A stretch of DNA of 64,000 nucleotides from an uncultured virus (IMG/VR IMGVR_UViG_3300037408_000925) (IMGVR_UViG_3300037408_000925), one strand, 5' to 3'; positions 41,902 through 52,875 are shown, counted from the first letter of the stretch. Notes: generated from the letters alone by a model not told the origin. Numbers and translations: made by a program.

Positions 41902-42213
41902 GTGATTTTTATGGCAGCAGCTACTTGTACTGTAACATACTTGACCGAAGAATATGATATAACATATGATTATACTACTGAGCCTTACCCTAATGGTAAA
42001 ATTAAAAATATTTTTACTGTAGAAAGTGGGGGAGATACAGTATTTACCCTAACAAGATACGGTAACATAACAAACTTTAGACTTGTTATTAAAGAAGTGC
42101 TTGACGGTTATTTAGCTTTATTAGCCGATATTGCTGAAACAGAGTTAGTGAAAACAGATGTGGGTGCTTGGGACGGTGACTTAGATACATACTTAAGTGA
42201 TTTCCCCGAATAA
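41902..42213 (+). CDS. Acidic hypothetical protein
   Basis: AGGAGTG RBS; upstream TTATATAC motif. Confidence 0.55.
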   Translation: MIFMAAATCTVTYLTEEYDITYDYTTEPYPNGKIKNIFTVESGGDTVFTLTRYGNITNFRLVIKEVLDGYLALLADIAETELVKTDVGAWDGDLDTYLSDFPE

Positions 42214-42492
42214 AATATATTTTTGGAAAGGAAAGTTTATGACTATATTGTTAAATAAGAATTCTAATAGCTTTAATACTTATGATACAGGCTCATCTAT
42301 TTTGCCATGTATATTTAATTATGCCATGATATTAGGACTCTTAGAACAAATATATAGGTATAGACTTAATCCTCAAAATTTCCAAAATAGGATACCCTAA
42401 CAAGAAATAACCTACTTGGATATAAGAGCTGTTAAGTCTTAAAAATTGACTTAACAGCTCTTTTTATATTAAAAAATAAAGGATGTGAAAAC

Positions 42493-43077
42493 ATGGAAAG
42501 AATCTTCTTTAACTCAACTCAGAAAAATATGAGTCTCGAAGATGTAGAAATAAACATTTTAGACTTTATAAACAAAACCCCTAGAGGAGATTTTAAAATA
42601 ATGGTAGGTACAGATTCTCAATTAATAGGTCAACAAACCTGCTTTGCTACTGGAGTTGTAATACATCGAGTAGGACATGGTGCTTGGTGCTGTATTAATA
42701 AACACATAGAACCTAGAAGAATTACAAGTCTTAGGGAAAAAATACATATGGAAACAGTCAGTACTTACGAGGTTATTTGTACTCTTAATGACCTTATTAC
42801 TCTAAAAACTTCTGAAATTCTATTGGGAAGTAAAGACTCTACATTTAAAATCGAAGCTCATATAGATGTAGGAAGAAATGGAGCAACAAGAACCCTAATA
42901 AGAGAAATGCTAGGATACTTTGAAGGTATCGGTATACCTACTCAAATTAAACCTTACTCTTTTGTTGCCAGTTCGTATGCCAACCGTTTTAGTAAAACTA
43001 CAAAGAGTTTAGATAAATTAGCAACTTTTATAGAACCTAGCTATGTTTATGCACCCTTTATGCCTAAAACAAGTTGA
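42493..43077 (+). CDS. RNase H-like YkuK (DUF458) family protein
   Basis: VGTDSQ...F.T..VIHR.G.GA...H.DVG..G.T...KP....AS..ANR. Confidence 0.85.
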   Translation: MERIFFNSTQKNMSLEDVEINILDFINKTPRGDFKIMVGTDSQLIGQQTCFATGVVIHRVGHGAWCCINKHIEPRRITSLREKIHMETVSTYEVICTLNDLITLKTSEILLGSKDSTFKIEAHIDVGRNGATRTLIREMLGYFEGIGIPTQIKPYSFVASSYANRFSKTTKSLDKLATFIEPSYVYAPFMPKTS

Positions 43078-43340
43078 TTCTGTAAAATATAACTTTTAAA
43101 AATTGTGGGTACACAACCCTTTATTAAGTTTACATTTTTTATGGTAGTGTAAAACTGTGTGACCATCACATAATTATTAAAATAAATATTGACATGGATG
43201 TGAGAATTGTGGTACGGTTTAAAAGGAATTGAATTTCATATGGACTTTGAAAATTTAATACTTGTTTTTGTACTTGTATATTAGGTGGTATGGAATCAGA
43301 CTTTTACTATTGAGTTCTGAGTAGAAAAATTATAAGATAT

Positions 43341-43420
43341 GCGGAAGTGGTGGAATTGGAAGACACATACGATTTAAGCTCGTATGCCTTAGCGTGAGAG
43401 TTCAAATCTCTCTTTCCGCA
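43341..43420 (+). tRNA. tRNA-Leu(TAA)
   Basis: TACGA tt TAA gc TCGTA; variable arm; cloverleaf. Confidence 0.9.
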
Positions 43421-43786
43421 CTAGAGGAGCAGACAATCTATGAGTAAGTTATATGAGTGTTCTAGATGTAGTGCATTAAGTACTTCTGTTGAATGGGATA
43501 TAGTAACCCTAAATAGTTGTACTAATAGACAACAGAAAAGAAGATTTATACCTTTTGAAAAAAATATTAGGGAGTTTAGAAAAGAAAAAATAAACTATAA
43601 ATGCCCTAGTTGCCTTGAATTTATAGAAAGAGCATCTATCAAAGAATCTTCTTTAGATGATGATGATATTATAAAAAATAAGTCTAGATAGTTTACTTCT
43701 ACCTCAATATTCTAATCGTCAATAAACTAGAGTATTGAGAGAGTTATGAGATAGTGGTATAATATTATTCGAGGCTCTGTAGCTTA

Positions 43787-43858
43787 GGTCTACTGGTGAA
43801 GTGGTTATCATACCAGATTGTCACTCTGGCATCACGAGTTCGATTCTCGTGTAGACCG
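43787..43858 (+). tRNA. tRNA-Asp(GTC)
   Basis: CCAGA tt GTC ac TCTGG; GGTCTAC/GTAGACC. Confidence 0.9.
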
Positions 43859-44327
43859 TTAGATTTTATTAGAAGGGAATGTGTTAGATTGTTATCAAGA
43901 ATAAAAAAATTCTTATGCTCTATTGGATGGCACGGTTATTTGATATCCTTAGATGATTTAGATGAGTATGGTTCTTATAAATGTACTAGATGTGGTGCTG
44001 TAGGTTGGAGAGATAGCCAAGGAAACTTATTTTAATTTTAGGAGGTGGAGAAGAAAACTTATGGACAAATATGCAAAAGATTTTTTAAGGGGAGCCCTAG
44101 ATGGTCGAAATTTGAACGAGATAGATGATATGTGTGATTTGTTATGTGGTGGACCTCATGATGAACCTGATGAAGAATTAGATGAGCTAGAGGGTGTTAT
44201 ATGTTGTCGTAATTGTACTGAGTATATAGATGGGCACTGTATGAGGTTTGATAAAGATGTAACACCTCAAAATGATGAAGACGCTGGTTTGTATGAGTGC
44301 TTCTTAGAGAAGAAAAAACAGATTATT

Positions 44328-44410
44328 GGGTAGGTAGGTAAATTGGTAAAACAGACAGACTGTAAATCTGTTGCCTTCGGGCTTTGTGTGTTCGAGTCAC
44401 ACCCTGCCCA
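44328..44410 (+). tRNA. tRNA-Tyr(GTA)
   Basis: ACAGA ct GTA aa TCTGT; long variable arm. Confidence 0.88.
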
Positions 44411-44598
44411 TTTCCAAACTAGGCTGAATACTAGAATGGATGTATTGAATGGAGAAGAATCATTAGTTACAAGTAAATCTGTTAGAAACATATGGTTTTG
44501 CATTTCCTTCCATAGGTCAAAAAAAGGAAATGCACTTTTTATTAAAAAATATAAAAACCTCTCAAAAAAGAGAGATTTTTTGAAAGAAATAAAAAAAG

Positions 44599-45134
44599 TT
44601 AAGCGTTTTCTGCTAGGGAACATAGACACTAATTTTTTCACATAAACCTTAGATAATGTTTATATAAGACAGTTGTAAGGTTTTTAAGAAAAAAGTAACT
44701 GAAAAATCTCTAAAAATATAACTCTAATAACTAAACATAAAATTGGGTTTTAGAGATGGGTCACAAGACATAATATTTTGTAAAAACCTTAAATCTAGTG
44801 TAGGAAACATTTATAGGAAGACCATTTAAAAAAGATTAAAAAGTAGAAAAATATTTTAGTGTTTTTGACTATAGAGAGTATCAAACTAATATTTTTAATA
44901 TAAATCCCTAATAATATTTGTAGGAAATACTCATAGGGATTTTTGTTAAAATAATACAAATAGTTTTTACTCTTGAAGTAACATAAAACAGGTGAAAAAA
45001 TACATAATATCTATAGTTGAGAAAATGAGATTTAGAGATAAAAACCTTAAAAGTGTTTACCTATAAGAGTTATAAGGATTTATTAAAAATAAGAAAAGAT
45101 AAAATTAAGCGTTTTCTGCTAGGGAACATAGACA
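44599..45134. repeat. 30-bp perfect direct repeat flanking an AT-rich non-coding tract
   Basis: TTAAGCGTTTTCTGCTAGGGAACATAGACA at 44599-44628 and 45105-45134. Confidence 0.9.
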
Positions 45135-45790
45135 TTAAATTTAAAGGAGATGATTTATATTTCAAAAGTTGATATTTTTGCACCAAAAGGTATAGAAGTA
45201 GAAGAACTTGTATGCCGTAGTTGTGGATTAATTCAGACTTGTGGAGAAGCTATATTAACTTCTTTTGAAATGAAAGATGGTAGGGTTCAAATAAGAGCTG
45301 ATTGTTATGAGTGTGGTGAGTGGATAAAGTGGGTAAAAAAAACACATGAAAATACATATTTCTTAAATAGAATGTTGGAGAGAAAAAATGCCTAAAATAC
45401 ATCTAGAAGTAAATGAACTACAAGCAGGAATTATTCAAGAAGCCTTAGATATCTATAGTAGAGTTATCATGGGTCAATTTCATGAAATGACTAAACTATG
45501 GGAAAATAATACTGAAATATGGAGAAACCAAAAAGCTAGAGATGATATAGATAAAAAGATAGAAGAAATAAGAGATATTGTATACCCCGAACTCAAAGGA
45601 TACGCTCATTGGGGTATATATAACCCTAAATGTCCTGAAACTAGTAAGATAGGGTACGATATGATTCAAGTTCTTAGAAATAGACTAGCATGGCACAGAA
45701 CCCCTAATGGAGGTCATACTGTAGATTTTGGAACTCCTTTACCTGCTAGTAAACAAGAACTTATTAAAGTGGATATTGTAGAATAGGTAT

Positions 45791-45861
45791 GCAGAATTAG
45801 TTTAATGGTAAAATGAGAGATTTCCAATCTCTGGTTATCAGTTCGATTCTGATATTCTGCT
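45791..45861 (+). tRNA. tRNA-Gly(TCC)
   Basis: AGAGA tt TCC aa TCTCT. Confidence 0.9.
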
Positions 45862-45866
45862 TTTTT

Positions 45867-45939
45867 GGGGTCTTAGCTTAGTCGGGAAAGCACCTGCCTT
45901 GCACGCAGGGGAGCGTGGGTTCAACTCCCACAGATTCCA
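45867..45939 (+). tRNA. tRNA-Ala(TGC)
   Basis: CCTGC ct TGC ac GCAGG; G3.U70 pair. Confidence 0.9.
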
Positions 45940-45946
45940 TTTAAAT

Positions 45947-46019
45947 GGCACATTAGTCAAGTGGTTAAGACATATGGTTTTCATCCATGGACTCGCAGGT
46001 TCGATCCCTGTATGTGTCA
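45947..46019 (+). tRNA. tRNA-Glu(TTC)
   Basis: TATGG tt TTC at CCATG. Confidence 0.88.
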
Positions 46020-46047
46020 TGTAATATTTATAAAGTTTGTTTATTTA

Positions 46048-46121
46048 GGGTCTTTATCTCAGCTGGTTAGAGTAGTCGGCTCATAACCGATTTGTCAGTG
46101 GTTCGAGTCCACTAAGACCCA
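46048..46121 (+). tRNA. tRNA with CAT anticodon, probably Ile2 (lysidine type)
   Basis: GTCGG ct CAT aa CCGAT; GGG..TT acceptor typical of Ile2. Confidence 0.8.
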
Positions 46122-46207
46122 CTTAAGGAACACAAATTACAAAGTCAAACGAAGATTGTACGATATATTAGAATAAGTACCCTAGTGTGATTTGTTACCT
46201 TATATTT

Positions 46208-46232
46208 TGACCAGTAGCTCAGTTGGTAGGAC
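46208..46232 (+). pseudogene. Truncated tRNA 5' fragment
   Basis: TGACCAG TAGCTCAGTTGGTAG with no T arm or 3' acceptor. Confidence 0.45.
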
Positions 46233-46335
46233 TCTGAATATGTAGCAAAAACGCTATCTTATAATACTCTCAGGAAATAAAAAAGTTTTTATATACATGT
46301 ATAGATATTATTTTAGTTTATTGGAGGGTGGTATT

Positions 46336-46740
46336 ATGAGAAAATCTGATTTGATTATTGAAGGTTTGAGTAGGATATTTGAGGCTTCTGAGTATACAAG
46401 ACCAAAAAAAGCTCCTAAAATCGGAAGTTATTTACTATTTTTAAAAGATGTACCCTATGTTGGAATAAAGTCTTCTGGAAGAGATTCCTACAAAAAAGGA
46501 AGTATTTATAAAATAGTAGGTCCAAAAGAATATGGTGGTACTATGGGACCTACAAGTGACAATGAATTTGCTCTTAGGAAGATTGATATGAAAACTAAAG
46601 CACTTGCTACTAATTGGAGTACTGATATATGGAAGATGGATGACAATCTTTCTGGTTCGGGATACAGCACTAGTTTAAGTTCTAGAAGTGTTAAAGTATT
46701 TGATACTCTAGAAGAAGCTCTTTCTGAAAAAAATATGTGA
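46336..46740 (+). CDS. Hypothetical protein, putative virion/internal protein
   Basis: GGAGGG RBS; N-terminal LIIEGLSRIFE; upstream TTATATAC. Confidence 0.55.
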   Translation: MRKSDLIIEGLSRIFEASEYTRPKKAPKIGSYLLFLKDVPYVGIKSSGRDSYKKGSIYKIVGPKEYGGTMGPTSDNEFALRKIDMKTKALATNWSTDIWKMDDNLSGSGYSTSLSSRSVKVFDTLEEALSEKNM

Positions 46741-46768
46741 TTATACTATAAGGTGAGGTAATAAAACT

Positions 46769-46963
46769 ATGCAGGATAAAGACTTGGTTTGTAAAGATTG
46801 TGGTAGTCCTTTTATTTTTACTGTAGGAGAACAAGAGTTTTATCAGGAGAAGGGATTCAACAATGACCCTATACGATGTTTAGCTTGTAGAAGAGCTAGA
46901 AAACAAAGTTATAATAGAAATTCTTACGGTGGTGGACATTACTCAGACAGTAATAATTCTTAA
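46769..46963 (+). CDS. Small zinc-ribbon protein (CxxC-x-CxxC)
   Basis: DK.L.CKDCG..F.FT.GEQEFY.EKGF.N.P.RC..CR. Confidence 0.88.
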   Translation: MQDKDLVCKDCGSPFIFTVGEQEFYQEKGFNNDPIRCLACRRARKQSYNRNSYGGGHYSDSNNS

Positions 46964-47002
46964 AATTTAGTAAACTATGGGTAGATACACTACCCTAGTT
47001 AT

Positions 47003-47075
47003 GGTCATATAGCCAAGTTGGTAAGGCTAAGGTCTGCAAAACCTTTATACACAAGTTCGAGTCTTGTTATGACCT
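47003..47075 (+). tRNA. tRNA-Cys(GCA)
   Basis: AAGGT ct GCA aa ACCTT; U73. Confidence 0.9.
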
Positions 47076-47086
47076 TTATAAAATAC

Positions 47087-47167
47087 GTGAGTGTGGTGAA
47101 ATGGCATACACGCTTGATTTAGGCTCAAGTGGGGAAACCTGTGGAGGTTCAAGTCCTCTCACTCACA
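47087..47167 (+). tRNA. tRNA-Leu(TAG)
   Basis: CTTGA tt TAG gc TCAAG. Confidence 0.9.
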
Positions 47168-47787
47168 TAGGAAGTAATCCCTAAATATATAACCACCGTT
47201 ATCTTATTACTGAATTTCAGTTTTGGTTTTAGGATGTATCCTTAGAGTATGGGGAAGTGGTTTGGAAAGTTGGATAGGTAAACTGAAGAATTACCTATCT
47301 GGCTACATTCTCTCAATAAAAAGAAAAGAGGTTTATTGTATATGTGGAAATATATTGTTATCGGAATACCTATATCAGCTTTTCTTTTAGCATGGTTAAT
47401 TTATAAAAAAGATTCAAAAAATACTTCTAATGTTGGATGCCTTATGGGAATAGAATATATAATACCCTTTCTTTTAATCTGTGTTGGGGTAGGAATATCC
47501 CTAATAATTCTTCTAACAAAATTATTTCTTTAGGATAGTGTTGGACATATGATTAATGTACTTACTTGTACAATATGTTGTTTTGTAGTAGGATGTAAAT
47601 ATATCTATGTAATACTAAATTAGTTACTCCCCTAATTCTTGTTATATTCTCACATCTAAAATGGAATGTAACAGGAATTTTTTTATTTTCTCTAAGATTC
47701 TAATTAAACTCCCTAAAGAAAAATTTTTAATAACTTATATACTAGTATGATAGATTTTTTAGTATATTATTAAAAGGAGGAAATATT

Positions 47788-48366
47788 ATGTTTTCATTAA
47801 AGAACAACTCAATAAAAATAGGTACAAAATTTAACACACCAAAACCCACCCTAGATTTTGTTAACGAGCTTGTAAAAAAAGCTAGTAAGGGTGACGAATG
47901 TAGTGCTGTAACACTCTACCAAATCTCAAAAATGGACGCTCCTTCTTATACAGCACCTGTAGCAGCTAGTACTACTATAGGAGCTGGGGATAATGGTCTC
48001 ATTACAATCACAGCAAATACAGCTTGGCTACTTGGTAATAATCTTACTATCGAAGTAGTTATTGATGAGGGAGCAAATGCTTCTCTCGCTGCTGAATTAG
48101 ATGGTAATGATATTCTTGTAACTCTTGGAACTACTGCTTCACCTGGAGTACCAGATAACGCAAAGAATACTGCTACCCTAATTACTGCTGCTATTAATGG
48201 TATCACAGGAAAAACTTTTACAGCTGTTGCTAGTGGTTCTGGTGCAACCCCTCTCGCTACTACAGTAGAACAAAAGAATTTTACTGGTGGTGTAGACGAA
48301 ATTAGAACTGAGGAAAAGAAAGCTTATGATGTAGCTGTTGCTATTATCTCTAGTCTTTTCGAATAA
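47788..48366 (+). CDS. Putative virion structural protein (sheath-like beta insertion domain)
   Basis: ITITA....GN.LTIEV...I.VTL...TA..I.AAIN...FTGG. Confidence 0.45.
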   Translation: MFSLKNNSIKIGTKFNTPKPTLDFVNELVKKASKGDECSAVTLYQISKMDAPSYTAPVAASTTIGAGDNGLITITANTAWLLGNNLTIEVVIDEGANASLAAELDGNDILVTLGTTASPGVPDNAKNTATLITAAINGITGKTFTAVASGSGATPLATTVEQKNFTGGVDEIRTEEKKAYDVAVAIISSLFE

Positions 48367-48511
48367 TTTTTAGAACTTTACCTAAATATACTTAGATAAG
48401 AGTTTGGGAGGAGCTAAAAACTCCTCCTTTCTTATCTTCTAATATTAGGACTTATACCTGTAGACTCAATTTAGAAAAGATAGATTTTATTAACTTCTTT
48501 AAGGAGAGTAT

Positions 48512-49345
48512 ATGAAATTACAACCTGTAATAAAATGGAGTGGTAGTAAAAGAAGTCAAGCTGATTATATTATAAACTTATTTCCAAAAGAAATTGATAT
48601 ATATTATGAACCCTTTGTTGGTGGAGCAAGTGTCTTATTTAATCTATTACACTCGGATATTAAAGTAAAAAAATACATTTGTTCCGATATTAATAATGAT
48701 TTAATAAGTCTGTGGAATAGAATAAAAGAAAATCCACAAGAGTTATACGAAAAGTATAATTTATTTTGGATAGAATTAAACAAAGATGAGGATATAGAAA
48801 GGCGAAAAGAGTTTTTCTACTTAATTAGAAAAAGATTTAATCAGATGAGATACCCTAGTGATTTTCTATTCCTTAGTAGGACATGTGTAAATGGACTAAT
48901 AAGATACAATTCCAAGGGGGAATTTAATACTTCACTGCACTTTTCTAGGGGTGGTATTAATCCAAACACCTTAATGACAATAATAAACGATTGGAGTAGT
49001 AGGTTAAATAAGTACAATGTTGAGTTTATTTGTAGAGATTATAGTGATATAAGAACTAACATTAATGATTTTGTTTATTTAGACCCACCTTACGCAAATA
49101 CAAAAGGTATGTATTTTGGTAAGATTGATTATGATAAATTTTGGAATTATTTAAGACAGCTGAAATCAAATTATATTTTTAGCTTTGATGGTAGAAGATC
49201 TGAAATTAACAATACATATACAGTTCCAACAGATATTTATACTAGGCATGTGTATGTGTCAAGTGGAAAAAGTAGTTTTAAATGTTTAAAAGACCAAAAA
49301 GTTGGATATGTTGAAGAGAGTTTATATATAAAAACTATGAGTTAG
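48512..49345 (+). CDS. Dam-family (D12) DNA adenine methyltransferase
   Basis: KWSGSK, YEPFVGGAS, NGL.RYN.KG.FN, YLDPPY. Confidence 0.92.
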   Translation: MKLQPVIKWSGSKRSQADYIINLFPKEIDIYYEPFVGGASVLFNLLHSDIKVKKYICSDINNDLISLWNRIKENPQELYEKYNLFWIELNKDEDIERRKEFFYLIRKRFNQMRYPSDFLFLSRTCVNGLIRYNSKGEFNTSLHFSRGGINPNTLMTIINDWSSRLNKYNVEFICRDYSDIRTNINDFVYLDPPYANTKGMYFGKIDYDKFWNYLRQLKSNYIFSFDGRRSEINNTYTVPTDIYTRHVYVSSGKSSFKCLKDQKVGYVEESLYIKTMS

Positions 49346-49493
49346 GTAAGATTGGTCAGAGATAAGAAAGGAGGAGCTAAAAATTCCTTCTTTCTTATAT
49401 TCTCCTATCATAAATTACCTAATCTCTAGTATTTGTAAGAGGAATATAATAAGATAGTGATACTCTTTTTACGTAAGAAGAGAAATATTATAT

Positions 49494-50135
49494 ATGGGGA
49501 TGGGTCATATGGAAGAATTTATAATGGTTAAGTATGAGGGAGAAAAACCTACCGTAAATGGGAGAGAATTACATGAAGCACTTGAGATATCTACAGAATA
49601 TAGACATTGGTTTCCACGTATGTGTGAGTTTGGTTTTACAGAGGGTAAGGACTTTCGGTCAATTTTGAACGAAAGTACAGGAGGGAGACCTGGTATAGAT
49701 CATGAGATAACCCTATCAATGGCTAAAGAATTATGTATGATACAAAGATCTGAAAAAGGAAGACAGTTTCGTAAATATTTTATACAGTGTGAAGAAGCTT
49801 GGAACTCTCCTGATAAAATAATGGAAAGAGCTTTTCATATAGCACATAATAGAGCTATTGAAGCCGAACGTAAAATCTTTGGATTAATGGAAGAAAATGA
49901 AACCTTAGAAATAGCCCTAAATGAATCCCTTAAATTCTTTACTGTAGCAAAATATAACAATGTCTTCAATAAAGGTTGGTCATTAAAACAATGTCAGGAT
50001 ATAGGTAAACAACTCTCAGCTTATTGTAGAAGCCATTCTATTGAAATTAGAAAATGCGAAACAAATGATGAGAGATTTGGATCTGTTAATAGCTACCCTA
50101 TTACCGTTTGGGAAGATTTTATCGAATACAACTAA
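49494..50135 (+). CDS. AntA/AntB antirepressor-like protein
   Basis: V.GRELHE.L....Y..WF.RM...GF.EG.DF...MAKELCMIQRSEKG...R.YFI. Confidence 0.88.
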   Translation: MGMGHMEEFIMVKYEGEKPTVNGRELHEALEISTEYRHWFPRMCEFGFTEGKDFRSILNESTGGRPGIDHEITLSMAKELCMIQRSEKGRQFRKYFIQCEEAWNSPDKIMERAFHIAHNRAIEAERKIFGLMEENETLEIALNESLKFFTVAKYNNVFNKGWSLKQCQDIGKQLSAYCRSHSIEIRKCETNDERFGSVNSYPITVWEDFIEYN

Positions 50136-50508
50136 AATTTCCCTCTTGACTTATAATACTCTTATGAGTATACTTATATTCTACTGATAAGAATACGATA
50201 AGAGGGGATATAAAAATGATAGAAAAACAGACGAGGGTAGTAGTTTTAAATAGTGTGAGTTTAGGTAATGAAGGTGAATGGAAGCTTTGTTTTCAATATT
50301 GTAGGTATGAATTTTGTGATTATGAGGAATTGGGGTACAGATTTATTTGGAAGAAACCTAATGGTAATTTACAAGGTGCTAGAGGTCAAGCTAAAATACC
50401 CTCAATATCTGATGCCATGGTTTTAATGAGTATGGCTATTAGAGAAGGTTGGGGACATCATAATGGTAATTTGGTAGGAAACGCTTATGTAGATATAGAA
50501 TAGTATAG

Positions 50509-50579
50509 TAGGGAATAGTGTAATGGTAGCACATGACACTTTGGCTGTTATAGTTTGGGTTCAAATCCTAATTCCCTAG
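50509..50579 (+). tRNA. tRNA-Gln(TTG)
   Basis: TGACA ct TTG gc TGTTA; U1-A72. Confidence 0.88.
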
Positions 50580-50597
50580 TCAAAATAAAACATAAGG

Positions 50598-51077
50598 ATG
50601 GGATTATCTATGGAGAGACCCGATTGGACTTCTTATTTTATGGAGATTGCTCAAATAGTTAAAAAAAGGTCTACCTGCCTTAGAAGACATGTAGGTGCTG
50701 TACTTGTTAGAGAGCATAGAATAATTGCTACTGGATACAATGGCTCTCCTAAATGGAGTAGACATTGTGATGATGGTGGATGTCTTAGGGAAAAGATGGG
50801 GATACCCTCTGGTGAGAGATTAGACATTTGTAAATCTTTACATGCTGAAGCTAATGCTATCTTACAGTGTGCTTATATGGGTGGTCCTAATATAAAAGAA
50901 AGTGTTCTATATACAACAGTTCAACCTTGTGTTTTATGTGCTAGAATGATTAGTAGTTCTGGTATTGTTCGAGTAGTCTATGCTGAAGATTACCCTAACG
51001 AAAAATCTCTAAATATCCTAAAAGAGTCAGGTATAGATGTACATAAATATATACCACCTACTTTTAAGGGAATTTAA
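50598..51077 (+). CDS. dCMP deaminase
   Basis: RSTC.RR.VGA, TGYNG, HAEANA, PCVLC. Confidence 0.92.
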   Translation: MGLSMERPDWTSYFMEIAQIVKKRSTCLRRHVGAVLVREHRIIATGYNGSPKWSRHCDDGGCLREKMGIPSGERLDICKSLHAEANAILQCAYMGGPNIKESVLYTTVQPCVLCARMISSSGIVRVVYAEDYPNEKSLNILKESGIDVHKYIPPTFKGI

Positions 51078-51126
51078 GAGGAATGTAAGAGGAATTTAAG
51101 AATAATATTGAGGAGGAATTTTAGAA

Positions 51127-52779
51127 ATGGCTAATTTTAAAAAACAAGTAACAAATCTACAGAACATGTTTAAACCAACTGTGAATCATGAGGGTACTAC
51201 TGTACATCAAATGTCAGACCTTGAAACTTTATTCTCACAAGTTTTAGGTTCATTCTTTGGGGAAAGCACTTACTATGAGAAAAAGAATGCTGTATCAGAG
51301 TTTAAAACTTTATACGAAAGAATACAAAGAATACCAGAGTCAGATAAAGAGTACATCCTAAAGATTGCTGAACTAGGGAGATTATGCAATATGATAGACT
51401 ATCCCCTAAATATTCTTTCTATTGTCTTTAATGATGATAGATTCTTAGGTAAGAATTTTATAGACTCTAAAGGAAAAAATAGAATATATGAGTACGCTGA
51501 TAACATCATTCAAAGAGCTAAAGATATCGTAACAATAATGTCCACTCAGATGGTCATGTTCGATAAAAGAAGCTCAGACTATATTGACATAGTAGGGAAA
51601 AGAAATGAAGCACTACCTATGCAGTTAAGGAAAACACTAAAAAGAAAGTTTGAGTCTTATGATAAATTTAAACTATCAAAAGGTCTTAGCAATAACTCTG
51701 ATGTAACCCTAAGAGATTGTATGAGACTATTAAGACCTAAACCTAAAAATAAAGACTTTGAAAAGTTCTTCAAAGAACTTAGAGAAGGTAATGTTAAAGT
51801 AGGAGATGGGAAAGCTACCATTAACACTGAATCAGTTAAAAAAGGTCAAACAAAAACTCGGGATAACTCTGGACTTATTAAAGCTGTTGAAGACGATATA
51901 CTACAAAATATACTAAAGAACCTAGTATCCCTATATAAAAAGGATGTTTTTAATGACCAAAAAACTCTAGAAACAGTTTGTAAAAGACTAAGAGACCCTA
52001 AAGAGGTTAAACAATCAAGATTACTACCTTTTAGATTCTATTCAGCTTATAATGAGTTAGATGGATATCCTACTAAAGTAATTATAAACTCACTTAAAGA
52101 AGCTTTAAGTGATGCCTTAGATATATCTGTATCTAATGTAACCCCTTTAGAGGGTATCAATTGTATTCTGTTAGATAGGTCAGGTTCTATGAATGATAAA
52201 CTATCAGATAAATCTGTGGTAACAGCTTTGGATATGTCTGCTGTTCTAGGAGCTATCGCTTATAAATGTGGTGTAGGGGATTTGTATGTATTCTCTAACT
52301 CATGTAGAAAAGTTGATATCTCTAATAAAGCTCCTGTAATGGATATTGTAAAAGCTATAAAAATGAGTATGGATGTAAGTGGTACGCAATTAAAAATAGC
52401 TTTAGATACTATTGAAGCTACGAATACCAAATATGATAGTCTTATACTTCTTTCAGATAATGATTGTTATGGATATGATTCAAAGACTAATACATTAACT
52501 TTTGGAGAGAGAACATATAGAAATGGAAGTATGATAGGTACTCCTGAAGCTCATATAAACAAACTTATTTCCAAAGGAGTATTCAAAAAAATAATACTAA
52601 ACAACCTTTTAGGGAATGATTTTGCTGTGTTTAATACCGCTTCTAATACAAAGATTCTAGCTACTGGATTCTCAGAAAGATTCTTAGAAGTTATAAACAT
52701 CCAAAATATGATGGGAAAAGATAAAGATATTAAGAAGGTTATAGACTTACTACTAGATAAACTTAAGGGTAAACGCTGA
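51127..52779 (+). CDS. rsr: Ro60/Rsr (TROVE plus vWA) RNA-binding protein
   Basis: N.EG...FFGE.TYYE; LRD.MRL.RPKP; SRLLPFRFYSAY; MIDAS LDRSGSM; GT; SD. Confidence 0.85.
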   Translation: MANFKKQVTNLQNMFKPTVNHEGTTVHQMSDLETLFSQVLGSFFGESTYYEKKNAVSEFKTLYERIQRIPESDKEYILKIAELGRLCNMIDYPLNILSIVFNDDRFLGKNFIDSKGKNRIYEYADNIIQRAKDIVTIMSTQMVMFDKRSSDYIDIVGKRNEALPMQLRKTLKRKFESYDKFKLSKGLSNNSDVTLRDCMRLLRPKPKNKDFEKFFKELREGNVKVGDGKATINTESVKKGQTKTRDNSGLIKAVEDDILQNILKNLVSLYKKDVFNDQKTLETVCKRLRDPKEVKQSRLLPFRFYSAYNELDGYPTKVIINSLKEALSDALDISVSNVTPLEGINCILLDRSGSMNDKLSDKSVVTALDMSAVLGAIAYKCGVGDLYVFSNSCRKVDISNKAPVMDIVKAIKMSMDVSGTQLKIALDTIEATNTKYDSLILLSDNDCYGYDSKTNTLTFGERTYRNGSMIGTPEAHINKLISKGVFKKIILNNLLGNDFAVFNTASNTKILATGFSERFLEVINIQNMMGKDKDIKKVIDLLLDKLKGKR

Positions 52780-52845
52780 AAAAAGAAAATAACAGGTAAA
52801 TAACGATATTGTCAGTGAACTTGTTAAACACACCTCTTTCTTATA

Positions 52846-52875
52846 CTCTCCTATATAAATTTATAGGAGAGTTTT
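52846..52875 (+). terminator. Intrinsic terminator
   Basis: ACTCTCCTATA...TATAGGAGAGT followed by T tract. Confidence 0.65.

Noticed and set aside
43796..46020. ORFs 44267(-), 44343(+), 45838(-) and the 5' part of 43796
   Set aside because: They overlap clear tRNA genes.
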